A stretch of 63,578 bases of DNA, the filler included, from Cercozoa sp. M6MM (taxonomy: Eukaryota; Protista; Endomyxa: Ascetosporea): NCBI GenBank assembly GCA_040357565.1. It is 13 parts of 13 records of this genome, joined end to end, with 100 filler letters (N's around TTAATTAATTAA, not from the genome) between each part and the next. Parts side by side here need not be neighbours in the genome. Positions count along the whole stretch, not along the records: positions 1 to 5,747 come from JBDODJ010000856.1; positions 5,848 to 9,508 come from JBDODJ010001365.1; positions 9,609 to 14,240 come from JBDODJ010001093.1; 10 more parts are not named here. One strand, 5' to 3'. The notes beneath the pieces were generated by a model that ran no database searches, was not told the origin of the DNA, and worked only from the letters and a program-made list of their open reading frames with translations. The stretch's first letter is position 1; each line of letters starts with the position of its first letter. The translations under genes were made by a program, and so were the position numbers. Below are positions 1 through 12,410 of the stretch, one piece after another.

Positions 1-63
<63 letters not shown>

Positions 64-72
64 CACACACAC
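1..72. repeat. (CA)n microsatellite at window start
   Basis: Direct reading. Similar tracts at 5597-5746, 7193-7351, 9476-9508, 9609-9646, 14103-14182, 23967-24059, 38304-38350, 53832-53877, 58584-58685, 61541-61592 and 63537-63578. Confidence 0.98.
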
Positions 73-607
73 ATGTGTGTGTTTTTCCCTGTTAAACTTG
101 TCTTCATAAATCTCATAGGACAACAACGCTTTTACAACGGCTACGCCAAGGAATTGTTCGAGTCGCTTGCGTCGCCAGCTTTCATCTGGAGGTATCATCT
201 TTCGCTAGTGAAGTTCATTTCTCGTGTTCTTCAACCGTGTTTGGATGAGCAGAGACTCGTTTAAACAAAATTTCTTGCAGCGACTCTACAAGAACATGCA
301 ACTCTGGGTATACTGACTGACTGGCTGACTGAGATGTGTTGATTGCTTGATATTCCTTGTCTTTGGTGCAGTCGGAACGCAGCGAAATGCTGGTTGATCG
401 CTTCGGTTCTTTTGGGAGGCAGCACGGCTTTTGTGCCTGAACTTGTTCTTCCGCCCTTTTTCCAATTTGGCTGGTCCAAACTGAAGTTGAATGCGTACTT
501 TGCCATCATCAGCCATCCCCTCGTTTCATAGCTTTTCAGTTCCTCTCTCGTCTTTAAATTTATTCAAACGTTAACGAAGCTGCCGTGCACATCGCCTCGT
601 TGGCTTG

Positions 608-1485
608 TTACATCTCGCCGCACTCGGAGATGGCGATGCTGAGCGTCGGCTGGTTGGTCTGCGAGTCGGTCGGCACGTTTTCGATGCGTCGCACGACAAA
701 GTGACCGTCCAGCACTCGGCCGAACACGCAGTGACGGCCGTCCAGCCTGTCTCGCAGGTCAAAGTTCAAAGCAGGTCAGTGTGAATACATGACACAAAAA
801 GTACAGCAAGACGGTACCAAGGACAAGGAGCACACGTGATGAAGAACTGACAGCCGTTGCTGTTGGCACCTGAGTTGGCCATACTGAGCAGGCCCGGCGC
901 ATCGTGTTTCGTCGTGAGGTCCTCATCGTCAAACTTGTCGCCGTAGATGGACTTGCAGCCACGTCCTGTCCAAAGTAGGAGTACCAAAGTAGGAGTACAC
1001 AATCAAAGACTTCTCTTGCTGAAAGGAAAGTACCGTCGCCACTGACAAAGTCGCCGCCTTGCACCATAAAGTCCTTAATCACTCGATGGAACGGAGTGTC
1101 CTTGTAGCCCAGTGCTCTGCCGTGCTCCTGCCCAGCACATTGTAGCTTGAGGTTAACCTCAAATGTTAGAACACAAAGTAAGTACCTGGAACTCGCCCGT
1201 GCAGAACTGACGAAAGTTTTCAGCTGTCTTTGGTGTCTTGTGCTTGAACAACTCAATCAGCACTCGTCCACACTGGAAGTACATACAAAAGATGTGTATC
1301 AATTAAGGTATACAACGTGTCTGATGTCACGTACCTGTTGACCACCGATAGAGATGTCAATGAACACCACCTGCAGATATTGCGTTCGAGCAACAGGACA
1401 AAGCAAACACCAGGCAACTTCGAAAACAACGTTGTACCGGGTTGTCCGGGTGTGCCAACTCATATCTTTCTGAAAGCTTTGCCAT
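608..1485 (-). CDS. PPIH: Cyclophilin H-type peptidyl-prolyl isomerase (U4/U6 snRNP), 6 exons
   Basis: Spliced: [16 protein letters not shown]|[12 protein letters not shown]|[29 protein letters not shown]|[31 protein letters not shown]|[41 protein letters not shown]|[11 protein letters not shown]...ISECGEM*. The [19 protein letters not shown] and CGEM end are PPIH hallmarks. Confidence 0.92.
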
Positions 1486-1756
1486 ATCACTGCCCTGGGC
1501 GCTTCAAAGCGTGACACTAACAAAACACCACGTGTGGGTACGTCAGACACTGGCCAAAGCCTCGTTGCGCCTTCCGACTCACTCAGAAACTTCGACTCAC
1601 TCAATCCTGTTTCACGTTTTGCTGTCGTTGTACTGTGTGCTCGTGGTATTGGTATCAGTGGTACATATTGCTGTCTTATCCGTTGATTTTGTGAGTGTTG
1701 GGCAATTTTCGTTTCTGTTGCAATCAGAAGTACGACATTTTATATCGTCCCGCACC

Positions 1757-3405
1757 ATGCAGCGTTTCGCGCTGTCCCAGCTGACGCTGTTGCGGCAACG
1801 GAATAGTCTTCATCCAGCTCAGCTTGTCCTGCGTTGGCGCTGTGATCCTACAAGCGTAGACGGCGTGGTTCGCCCCGTGTCGCTTGGGGTCTTGAGTGAT
1901 GCACTCCATTTCGTTTGCTCGAATCTCCATGTGCGTTTTGCTCTCACACTTGATCCTCCTTGCGCTATGCGCTGTGCTATAGGCAAAAACAGTAGAAGAA
2001 ACAGCTTCAGCTGCATTGCAACTGCTTCGTGCTTCGTTCCGCGTTGCAGATTTCGAAGTGAGCTTTTTGCTTTCATTTTTCCTTAAAGTTGTAAATGCGT
2101 GTTTTTTGGTGTTGAAGGACGATGTTTCGTTGAAACTCGAAAGCACCAAAGGAGATTTCGAGGACTTTTGCTTGTCAGATGACGAGCGACGGCGAGTTTT
2201 CTCGCAAGCACTGCAGTTTGAAAACCGAGCACTGCACGCGAAGTTTCGCGCAGTTGAACTCTTCCGCGCGGAAGACGGCAGTTGTTCTATGGCACGACTT
2301 GACCTCCCGCGTGAATCAGGGTTAATCCCGTTTCATTTGCATCGTGCCATGCAGGTACTTTCTTTGAATAATTGATTTAGTTTTCAATAAAACTGCTTTG
2401 TGTGGGCTACAGGAGTGCGAAATGAGCTTGGGCTTTAATTTGAAGCTGCTGACGCGAAACCAGTTGAGAACTGTACCACCAGGCGAAACGGTGCAGTGGC
2501 CTCATGAGCTTGCGCATCAGTGGTCGGGCGAGGGGTCACTTCTGTGCATGAATTCGCCGGCGTTTGATGCCGACGACGAGTGTCAAATTGATTCAGAGAA
2601 CAGCTTTGACGACTCTGAACTGCGCGAATCTTGGTCGCAGCGCAATGTTTCACTTCTTTCTGGCGCAACTTTCGGTATTTCGCTTTGGATTTGATGCTTG
2701 TTTTCGCTTGGACTTTGCTTTGTTATCAGAGTTTCCTGGTGCCTTTTCCGAGCAAGAAATCGTGCTTCGATTCGCAAGTGAACTCGGAGTCTTAAATCAC
2801 GAGAGTACCGAATTCGAGGATGCTCATTCGGCACTCTGCATTGTTGTGTGTCGAGACACGCGTCGTTTCCTTGCTGTATGTTACCTCTTTTTGTATCTGT
2901 CTGTTTGATATCAATGTTTATGGCCAGGTGCAACACCGTCGACGTGGCTGGGAAGTTCCGGGCGGCAAGGTAGACCCCGGTGAGACCGCTCGAGAAGCAG
3001 CGCGACGCGAGTTGCACGAAGAGGCTGGTGCAGTTTTGACATCGCAGCAACTGCTAGAGTTGCGACCGCTAGCACAATACACGATCGTTGATTCCGATGA
3101 CGTTCATCGCAAGACGGCCTATCTGTTAATGGTTGGCGGTTCCGATGATGTGAGGTTGCAAGCAGTCACGCGCGAAACTTCAAGTGCACGATGGTACCTC
3201 CAGTTCCTACGGATACTGTATGTTGCATACTGTGTTCAGGTGGCCACTTGACGATTCGCGCTTCGAGCAAGCGTGTGTGCAGCACTACGAACGTCTGGGC
3301 AATGACAACGACATCCACGGCGTGCACGGCGGCTTGCTGTCGCCCATGCTACACGACCAGGTGTGGCCGCTTCTACTGATGGCAGTGCGCACTTTGCTAC
3401 AGTGA
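1757..3405 (+). CDS. Multidomain protein: putative mitochondrial leader, degenerate FolB-like region, cupin, YtkD-type Nudix hydrolase
   Basis: Nudix box GGKVDPGETAREAARRELHEEAG. Cupin motifs IPFHLHRAMQ|ECE and PGETVQWPHELAHQW...LLCMNSPAF. GT-AG introns keep one frame from ATG 1757 to TGA 3405. Confidence 0.8.
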
Positions 3406-3589
3406 CTCAAACGTCTGTGCCGTGCATGCGCTGCGCGCGCTGGCGTGGTTTTGCGGTTTGATTTGCCCGGCCGATGGATGATGGTGCGGGTGTACGAGAT
3501 AGTTGGTAATAGTCTATGCGTAAGCGTAAATTCACATCGAACAGTAAATTTAGCGTGCGGGTGACGACGATATCGTACGGTACAATACG

Positions 3590-5288
3590 TTAGGCAAGGT
3601 GAGTGACTCGATAGACGCACATCTATATGTTTATTGAGTGCAGAGCGATACACAAAGCGCAAAAAGCAAAGCATGTGCTCGTACCTGTTGCTCGACACGT
3701 TTCAGTCCGCAAAGTTCCTCAGTCACCTCGGTAGCTTTCAGCACGCCTAAAGCACGCGTGCGATTAAATAAAGTTTAATACAGTCCAGTCGCCGGGGCAA
3801 AGCTACCATCATTCTCGAGAGTTTTAAAAGCTTCCACGATGCCCTTGTGCGTGTGGTCCCACTCCTACAGACACAGGACTACTTTTCTCCCAAGAGAAAA
3901 AGCGAGCTTACGCAGTCGTCGAAGAGCATGAGACCGCCGTCTTTGACAAACACCGCGGCATTCTTCGTGTCAGCGTGGACGTACTCTGTACACACAGTCA
4001 TGAGAACACAATTACTAATAAATTAATAACACAAATAATAGTTGCAAACACAATAAAGTTAAAAAAACCGAATAAAACAATAAACAAAAGAATAAGAAAC
4101 GAGCACAGGAAAACAAAACAAAACAGTGTCATTTTTACCGTAATCATGCCGCCCGTCGATACTGAACAGATCGACCGAACGCAGTAGTTTCGGCGAGTAC
4201 TCAGCCAGCGCCGGCAGCGACTGCAATCAATAATAATTAGCTAGTATGCAGACACTGGGTCCAAGACTACCACTTTGGAGTCGCCACAGAGAATGCTCCA
4301 CCGACTGGTGCCGAACTCGTCGCGAATCACGGCTGCTGAGTGTGAATGGTACTCCGGATGGCCACGGCCTCCGCCGTCATTGCAGATATCAAAGGACAGC
4401 CTGCACACATAAAATTTCACTTGCACTCTCTACAAAGGATCGTTACATCATCGAGTCGGGCCGACTGCCGAGGAAGGACGCGGTGGAATGACCGGCATTG
4501 AAGCCTGCGTCAAATTAAAGCGCGTGACAGGTAAAACTTCAAAACATTCAAGAAAAAGATATTTCTACTATACCGATTTCGTACACAACTTTGGTACTCG
4601 GAATTGAACTCAACGCTTCAATGCAGCGCGTTTTCTTCTGCTCAAGCAACCAAAAACTCTTGTTATTAGTATTTTTGATCGTGCGAACTATACCGGAATC
4701 AGTGCGGTGTGACCGTCACGAATGCGTTGACCTCGCTGCAGACACGGTGTTTCAGTTAACTCTAGGGGAACAGCAAGCAGGAAGCTCACCTTCATGTGAA
4801 GCACTTTTTCCAGCATGCGGTCCAAACGATCGTGCACTAAATTGTTTGTTTAAATAAAGGAGTAAATTAAACTGGAAGCACGTTGTTCCTGAGGATACCT
4901 TGCTTGACACGAGCCTCGCCGTGTGTTCCCGGGTTGCCTTCGATCTGTTTGAAAGTCGCAGGCGGACTCGAGCGACTAGTTTCTTCTGCTGGACAAGCAT
5001 CGTCGGTCGCGCTACTGTTCACAACGAGCGACGCAAAAGTTTGTGGCACGTACAACACTTGCGTCACCAGGAAAACCACGGTAACTAATTTACAATTTCA
5101 ACCAGAGGCACCTATGTCAACGTCGGCACATCCAAGATGATGACGTACCTATCAGGAGAAGCAGCACAAGTTTGTGCAGTGCCGTGCCGCTTTGTGGATC
5201 CTGAAAAATTTTTCAAAAAATAAAACTCTACTTGAATTCCAGCGGGTTTTGGTCGAGCAGAAAACAGGTAGACACGCAAATCAACCAT
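3590..5288 (-). CDS. Class I SAM-dependent methyltransferase (Methyltransf_24-like) with N-terminal signal anchor
   Basis: Spliced motifs VYEIG|FNAGHSTASFL, LSFDI, ILCGDS, VDLFSIDGRHDY|EYVHAD...VKDGGLMLFDD. Hydrophobic LVLLLLI|VTVVFLV near the N-terminus. Start approximate. Confidence 0.8.
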
Positions 5289-5595
5289 TTGGAATGAGGC
5301 GAGGCGGCCTGTGCCGTTTTTATCGACAAGCAAAACAGCACTTGATCAACGGATGCTCAAAAGTGGGGCGTGAAGAAATCGAATAAGTTGTGGTGTTGAG
5401 TTTGCGGTTTAATAAACGTGTGCAGCGTGGTGAACTCTATTAGTTAAGTGTTTGGGATAAACAAATCCCCGAATGGTGACTTGGAGGTTCGCGGCTCAAC
5501 GACAGACGGACGCCCCAGTTCGACTTTTGCGGTCGTATGTGAAACGCTGGACTGCTTCTCGCTCAGGCGGCACTTCTGCAGCACTCGTTGGGAAT

Positions 5596-5747
<152 letters not shown>

Positions 5748-5847
5748 NNNNNNNNNNNNNNNNNNNNNNNNNNNNNNNNNNNNNNNNNNNNTTAATTAAT
5801 TAANNNNNNNNNNNNNNNNNNNNNNNNNNNNNNNNNNNNNNNNNNNN
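5748..5847. other. Artificial contig spacer (N44-TTAATTAATTAA-N44)
   Basis: Six-frame-stop linker, repeated at 9509-9608, 14241-14340, 19749-19848, 21176-21275, 27603-27702, 29659-29758, 38204-38303, 42663-42762, 53732-53831, 58484-58583 and 61593-61692. Plain scaffold gaps at 7240-7249, 28676-28685 and 37411-37510. Confidence 0.98.
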
Positions 5848-6164
5848 TCTTGTACTTGTTGAGTGCCTAATCACGGGAAATAGGGAGGGAGGTAATGGGG
5901 TCACGGGGGGGGGGGGGTAAAAAAAGTAACACAAGGCCAAGGAGGCAAGAAGAAAGCGCAGCGCACCGGGATGAACTGGAAGATCAGGCACGGCAGCGAG
6001 AACACAAAGAGCGAGCCGATCTGCGTCAGGTAGGTCACGATGACGACGACCCAGTAGTCACCGCCCAGCGACCACATCCACTCGTACACATCACGCGCGT
6101 ACGGCACCTCGCCCACGGCCGACAGGTCCATCACGTGCTCCAGCACCGACGGAATCGGCTGCAT
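5848..6164 (-). CDS. Sterol C4-methyl oxidase (MSMO1/ERG25-like), 5' portion only
   Basis: ...YEWMWSLGGDYWVVVIVTYLTQIGSLFVFSLPCLIFQFIP|ALNKYK resembles the LPxFxFQFIPxMxKYKIQ N-terminal motif. The catalytic His boxes lie beyond the contig end. Confidence 0.7.
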
Positions 6165-6528
6165 CTCGACACCAAAACTCTTCTGTGTTTGTTTTGAGTT
6201 TTTGGTTTTCTCCCCGATCCTACGAACGAGTTGAGTACACAAGAATACTGTGCTGGCTTCCGGAGACAACTAAGCCACCCTTGAGTACTTTGTCGCACTG
6301 CGGCGATCAAGCCGACGGGCTGGAGCGCCGGGTGAGTCGAAAGTTTAAGCAAAAATACTGACCGACTGCATTCAGTACCGGACATCATAGGTAGCATCAG
6401 GAAGAATCAGTGCACGCAATGCAGCATTTAGAATACAGAAAACCCCGTTTTTTATTGGTGCGGACGACACCGAGACTGGAAACAACTGAACCAACAAAAA
6501 ACTGAAGCAAACTAGCGTAGAGCCGGTG

Positions 6529-7191
6529 TCAAGCGCGTTTGTCGCCGGTGTAGACGGCGTGAGCCATGCCCCCTGTAGGTACAGAAACGTTGCGCCACAA
6601 AGAGGGAACACAGAGGGAACACAAAGAGAGAACAATGAGACAGAGTGTTCAGACAGAGAAGAGAACAAAAAGAGAGGGAGAGAAAGGGAGAGAGGGAGAG
6701 AAAGGGAGAGGGGGAGAGAGGGAGAGAGGGAGAGAGGGGAGAGGAGAGAGGGGAGAAAGGGAGAGGGGAGAGGGGAGAGAGGGGAGAGAGGGAGAGGGAG
6801 AGGAAGAGAACAGGAGAGGAAGAGAAATGGAGAGAGAGAGGGCACAAGCAGCAGCGTTGGCGAGTCCGCGCTTGGTGGCTCGGAGCCCGCAGCCGCGAAA
6901 GAAGGCGCGCAGGCCGAACTGCCGGCGGTAGTCGCGCACGAGAGCGAGCTTCATCTGGAAGGACTCCTTGGCCGAAGTCTGCGACACATGCGGTCAGGTC
7001 ACAATGGGTCGGGTCATACTCAAAGGACACACTGAAAGCAGACACGGACGGAGGGAAGGAGCGGTACGGGACGGTGTGGAGTGGCCTGGAACACGGTGCG
7101 AACCACGTCGAGTGGCTGCGACACCACGGTCATGGCCACCGCCGATCCGGCAGCTGAGGAGTCAAGATCGGCACAAGTAGACAGCGCAGTT

Positions 7192-7239
<48 letters not shown>

Positions 7240-7249
7240 NNNNNNNNNN

Positions 7250-7306
<57 letters not shown>

Positions 7307-8721
7307 ACACACACACGCACACACACACGCACACACACACACACACGCACACAGCCACCAAGGGGCACGCACCAGAAAGAGAGGGCACGGCCCAATCGGG
7401 CAGCGCTTGCAGCAGCTTGGCGTCGCGCCTGGCGTACAGCAGGAAGTTCTTGAACGTCGCGAACAGGCCGACCTGGACACATGGGGTAGAAAGGAAAAGA
7501 GAGAGAGAGGGAGAGGGGAGAGAGAGAGAGGGAGGGAGAGAGAGGAAGAGAGCACCTGCATGGCACCACTGAGTCCCTGCGAGGCCACGTTGACTGACTG
7601 TCCCTGCGACACAACACATCCTCTAACATACACACACACACAGTCCCTGCTGAAACAGGAAGCTGTACCCGCCAAAACGCCAGTGCACCTTCGTGCTTGA
7701 GGATCCTACAAAGCTCAATTCAATCAGTACTAACAAGGTATAAATAATATACGTAGATAGAATCGGTAGATAGGTAGGTAGATAGGTAGGTAGATAGGTA
7801 GGTAGGTAGATAGGGAGATAGATAAGTAGATAGATAAGTATAGATAGATAGATATATAGTTAGATAGATAGGTAGATAGATAGAGAGATGGATAGATAGA
7901 TAGATAGAGAGATAGAGAGATAGACAAATAGATCTAGAAAAAGATAGGTTAATGGGAGATAGACAGAGCAAGGAGGGGGTCGGTACCTTGCCATTGACTT
8001 GAACAGTCCCCGTCTGTTCCACTCGACGTCATGCCTGCAGCAGTTCACACAGGCAGACTCAGCCAACGAAACAGTGTATGCAGGAGTGAGTATACTCATA
8101 GCGCGTCTTGACGACAGTGAGAGGCGACACCGCCAGTGTCGGTATTGTGCGACCCAGTGCACCCACCAGCAAGGCCTATGACATACACACGGTCCGGGAA
8201 GGGTACAGGTGGCATTACCGTATACCTTCTGTGCATCGGACAGGATGCCTGTCGATGCGTGCCGGTGCCTTTCCTCGGTGCTGATGATCGATGGCATCAG
8301 ACCCAGCACCAGCGCAGAGTTCAACAGCGACGACGACGTCACTCGCACCAAGTTCAGCGGCGCCCTGCACGGCAAGGGTTGCACATATACATACCGACCC
8401 CCCCCCCAGGCAAATATGAGGTCTAAGCACACGTGTCACCCTCGCCACAGTGAGCGCCAGTTCCGCGCCTCCTCGCGGATCAGTTTGAAGGTCGACACCT
8501 TGTTCTGCTCTCCTCCCTACGCCCGCGACCGATCAGCAGAATCAAGTCATGATAGTCCAAATAATACTGGAACTGCCTCGGATACATGCCTGCTCTACCA
8601 TGATGCGACGCGTCTTCAGCACGTCGAGCGGCTGTACTGACGCGTAGATGCAGCCGTACGTGACCGACATGGCAATGCTCGACGGCACCCACGCAGGGAC
8701 CCATGGCGGCAGCTCTACCAT
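6529..8721 (-). CDS. Mitochondrial carrier family (SLC25) protein, divergent
   Basis: Carrier signatures QPLDVLKTR and QPLDVVRTVFQ, plus GLRAFFRGCGLRATKR. Several introns are filled with microsatellites. Confidence 0.82.
6656..6842. repeat. Intronic (GA)/(GGGAGA) polypurine tract
   Basis: Direct reading. A second tract lies at about 7485-7552. Confidence 0.95.
7754..7965. repeat. Intronic (TAGA/TAGG)n tetranucleotide microsatellite
   Basis: Direct reading. Confidence 0.95.
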
Positions 8722-9470
8722 CGAGGTCTGTGCGAATAGCGCAAACCGGTAAAGCAAGTGCACTCGCACAAACTCGCCTCTCTCCTGCCCAAAATGCGCT
8801 AATTACAGAACCAAGCCTGTTGTAGTGACTATTAGCGACGCTAATGACAGTGTAAAACGTGTCATGGTCTCATATTTGCTGGCTTGGTTGGTCAAGTTTT
8901 CACAGGGTTCAGCACATCTTTGAGAAGCTCTGAAAACGCTGAAACTCCTTTATCAAGCGAAACGGCTGTGGCGGTGTTTAGTATTCAACCTTAGGGTTCC
9001 AACACAAGACTGACTTGCGGCGATCGCGCTAGCGCGTTTTTGATCAACCTCGAGGCAGGGTTGTCCAGTGTAATCCATTGTGTCCAGGTGTGTGCCTCTG
9101 GTGTATAGCACGCTAGAGATAAATCTTTGGGCATTTTGGCGTGCCGATCCAGCCCCAATATCGGTCGACAGCCGACCACGTGGTGGGTTGCCTCCTTTGT
9201 TTGCTTTTCTTTGCGTGGCGCCAGGCGTTGTAGCCAGTGTACCCAACGCTGATACGAGCAGACACGACGCTACGATGTCCAGTGACGAGGAACCCGAGCT
9301 GAGTCGCGGCAGCATGTTCGGCGCCAACCGACAGGTTGCCACTCTTTTGGTGATCTCTCAACTGCGATCACTGGTATTTGTGTGAACTGCACAGTCGTCC
9401 GCGCGGTCGCTGTCGCGTGCCTCGATCTCGTCTGCTGGCAGTTTCGCAGCCCTAGTATGTCTGTCTGTCT

Positions 9471-9508
<38 letters not shown>

Positions 9509-9608
9509 NNNNNNNNNNNNNNNNNNNNNNNNNNNNNNNNNNNNNNNNNNNNTTAATTAATTAANNNNNNNNNNNNNNNNNNNNNNNNNNNNNNNNNNNN
9601 NNNNNNNN

Positions 9609-9648
<40 letters not shown>

Positions 9649-9649
9649 A

Positions 9650-10230
9650 AGTGTGGTACCTGCCTCCGACAGAGCAGCATCCAGCTCTCTCTGCGCTTCA
9701 CGGTCCTCCTTATTGGCTTGCACCTGCACACGCACACACGTACGCACACTGTTGTGGTTGCTAGAAGTAGGGGAAGTGTCTCACGTACGATGGCAGCAGC
9801 AGGCTGCGGCACTTGCTTCGGCAAATGTTGGCACAACTGCGCATGCCCACACAGTACCCGACAGGAACACACAAGGGCGGCGGCTATCGGAGATGGGTCA
9901 CCTCGTCGTACTCACGTGCCATTTGAGCCAACGCTCGCGCATGTGTTCTGCTCTGTGTTGAAGCAGAACACGCTGTCTGCTGTCTGCCCCTTCCCCTTCA
10001 GACAGTGAGAAGCTACCACTTCGTGCAGTGTGCGGATCTGTGCTTCAAAGTGCCGCCTGCTCTCCCCTGGTGTGGTGACAGGAACCGCCTGATTGTGCAG
10101 CTGATCGAGCACACTCACGAGACTCCTAAAACCACAAACACCCAAGTGATACACGCATGACTACCTACAAAACTGAATACCGGCTAATGGTGGCCAAGAA
10201 GTTCTGCAGCTGCGTTACTAGATCGGCCAT
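9650..10230 (-). CDS. Hypothetical protein, 3'-truncated at contig end
   Basis: Exon-like segments MADLVTQLQNFLATIS, SLVSVLDQLHNQAVP...HCLK and VQANKEDREAQRELDAALSEA, bounded by GT/AG. No family recognised. Confidence 0.4.
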
Positions 10231-10398
10231 CACAGCCAATTCCCGCTGTCTCTAGAATTAGAACACACCCACGCTTACTCTGTACTATCTACGTACAACA
10301 AATGCTATTTTCTTTTTTGTTCACCACGGCGCTCTTGGCAATGATAAATGAATTTTGTGCCCATTTGCACGGACATTAAGTTGCGTATAGGCGTGCGG

Positions 10399-10756
10399 AT
10401 GGCAAAGAGAGAAGCACAGGCGTGCCAGAAGTTTGCATGCGCGATCCAGGACTGCTTGGTATTTCAAATTCACATTTCTTGTTATCTCTAGGAATCAGTG
10501 TTTGGAAGCAGGTGCGTAGGTCACAAGAGCAGTGCGCGGACGTCATTGAAGCTTTTTACAAGTGTTGCGATGAGCACTACGAGAAGTCTCGGGTGATCTG
10601 TCCAGAGCCACAGGTAGCTGCCTTTTGCGATTGTCGTGGTGTTCGTCGATCCCCAAAAAACAAAGGAAGTGTTCTCAGGCGAATCCCGTCACGCAGCGAC
10701 GTTTGCAGGCGATGATGCCGTCCGAGTCAAATTCGAGCTCAGACTCTTCCCAATGA
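10399..10756 (+). CDS. CMC4: Cx9C motif-containing protein 4 (CMC4/MTCP1-p8-like), mitochondrial intermembrane space
   Basis: MAKREAQACQKFACAIQDCL|VRRSQEQCADVIEAFYKCCDEHYEKSRVICP shows the twin CX9C plus extra Cys pattern. Last exon uncertain. Confidence 0.8.
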
Positions 10757-11602
10757 CTCTCAGCGGTAGTCACAGATATTTTTGGATCAAGATTTTCGGG
10801 TTCTCGTCGAGAACGTCAGTGGCAATTTGGTTACATACGTTAAAGAAATCCATTGGCAAACGGAGCAAAGAAGTCGAACACGTCCATGTCATCGTAATAG
10901 CCATTGTCGTGACGGTGGCGACGATCGTGTTCACGCATCACTCGACTGGCCTCGTCTTGGGACAGTTGCTGGCTAGCTCCGCTGTCTGCACGAGTGTGTC
11001 GTAGATTTGTGCCACTGAGTCTGCCCAACTAGTGCAGTCTGAGGGTGCTCGACTGAACTTACTTATGATCAGTGTACACACTTGGGGTACCTCAGATCCG
11101 ACGCGTCCCTGTCCTCGGTCGCATGTGAATCAGTACTGGGCGGACTTGACACTAGCCTCGGTGTCTCGTTGTCCGCGTCCTCTTCGGCCCTAGTCTGAAC
11201 GAATCAAACACGTCGATAGAAATCACACATTCAAACGAATCGAAAATAAAATATCGATGAGGGCACATACAGGCAAATGCAGTCGTCCAGGGCGTCTTCT
11301 CTCTTCGTCGATCGGTGTGGCAACGGTGCCTGGAGTGCGACCGGTAACCTCTTCCGTTTCGCTGGTGTCGCCGCTTTCCAAAGCGTCGCACAGCAGCGTG
11401 CAGGAAGCCACTGCTGCCGTGATCTGCACTCACAAACCAGCACTCACACACTTGCTTGACCTGGTCATACAAAAGAAAATTCAGCACAGGTGTACCGCGA
11501 GCAAAGCCCAGTCAGACTGCAGAAACGACATCGAGCAAGCCTAAGTCGTAAATTCTCAGAGCACTCGGACACGCGGAACAGAGGCAGAAACAGCAACGTC
11601 GA

Positions 11603-12231
11603 TTATTTTTCTGCTGGCATCCTAGGCTGCAGGTTGACACGCGACTCCTGGCCAAAAAAGAAAGGGAGTTTCCGCACTACATAAACACCGCCATGAGTTA
11701 TTTACGAAAAAGTAAAAGTACAAAGCAGAGTGCAAACACGTTCTTGAAGCAACGAAAGCTGATCCAGATCTTGCACTCTGCCAGCCCACAGTCAACACAT
11801 ACACAACCAGTATCAGCATTTGGGTGCTGTTTGGATGTACGTGAGCAGAGGCGACACGAGAGTAGCACGCGCTTCGATACCCAACACGAAGTTATCATCG
11901 CTGCGGAGCAAACGTTCGCTGTTGCTGTCAGTCTGGTCGGGCTTGTGACACGTGACGACTCCGAGTACTTGGCACAGGGTTCCAGGCACAAGCTCCTGCT
12001 CTTCCGTGGCCGAAACGTCTACCTACAAGTTTACACGTACCATTTGTGGACGTTTGCCCCGAGTTTGTTTACCCGAATGAAGACGCCTCGAAGCCGCAGC
12101 AAGAGCGACTGCTCCGAGGCATCAAACTGATACACAATCCCGTGTGCTCGAACCAGTTTGCCAGCATCGGTGCCATTAATTTTATCGACCGCCACACGAC
12201 GTGCAGCCGTGCGCTGTTGCTGTTGATTCAT
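11603..12231 (-). CDS. TEN1: CST complex subunit TEN1-like OB-fold protein
   Basis: Spliced: ...GKLVRAHGIVYQFDASEQSLLLRLRGVFIR|VDVSATEEQELVPGTLCQVLGVV...LGIEARATL|CRVQDLDQLSLLQE. Follows the TEN1 pattern G-x-x-VR-x-x-G...YD...VD...G-x-L-x-Q-x-x-GE...AR...V-x-x-LD-x-x-L. Confidence 0.65.
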
Positions 12232-12410
12232 CGTAGCTGTCTTACAGGCGTTTTCGAGCTACTGTACTGTCTGGAGCAGCGTCAGCTTTTTTTGTGATCG
12301 CTCGGCACTCCACGCCCAAGTCACCTGCATTGCGTCGCTGCAGTACACTGACAGGCCGCTCACAACTGGGGCGTACTAAAGCTGACCGCAGCACGGCAGC
12401 CGTCGGCGAC

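Noticed and set aside
73-516. Small unresolved coding-like segments (also 5444-5580, 8900-9140, 9275-9460, 10760-11531, 20490-20650)
   Set aside because: No consistent spliced model or recognisable motif, so not reported as features.
5792-5803. TTAATTAATTAA repeated 12 times as a possible biological motif
   Set aside because: Always centred in a 100-nt N block. It is a synthetic all-frame-stop contig linker, so gene neighbourhoods across it are meaningless.
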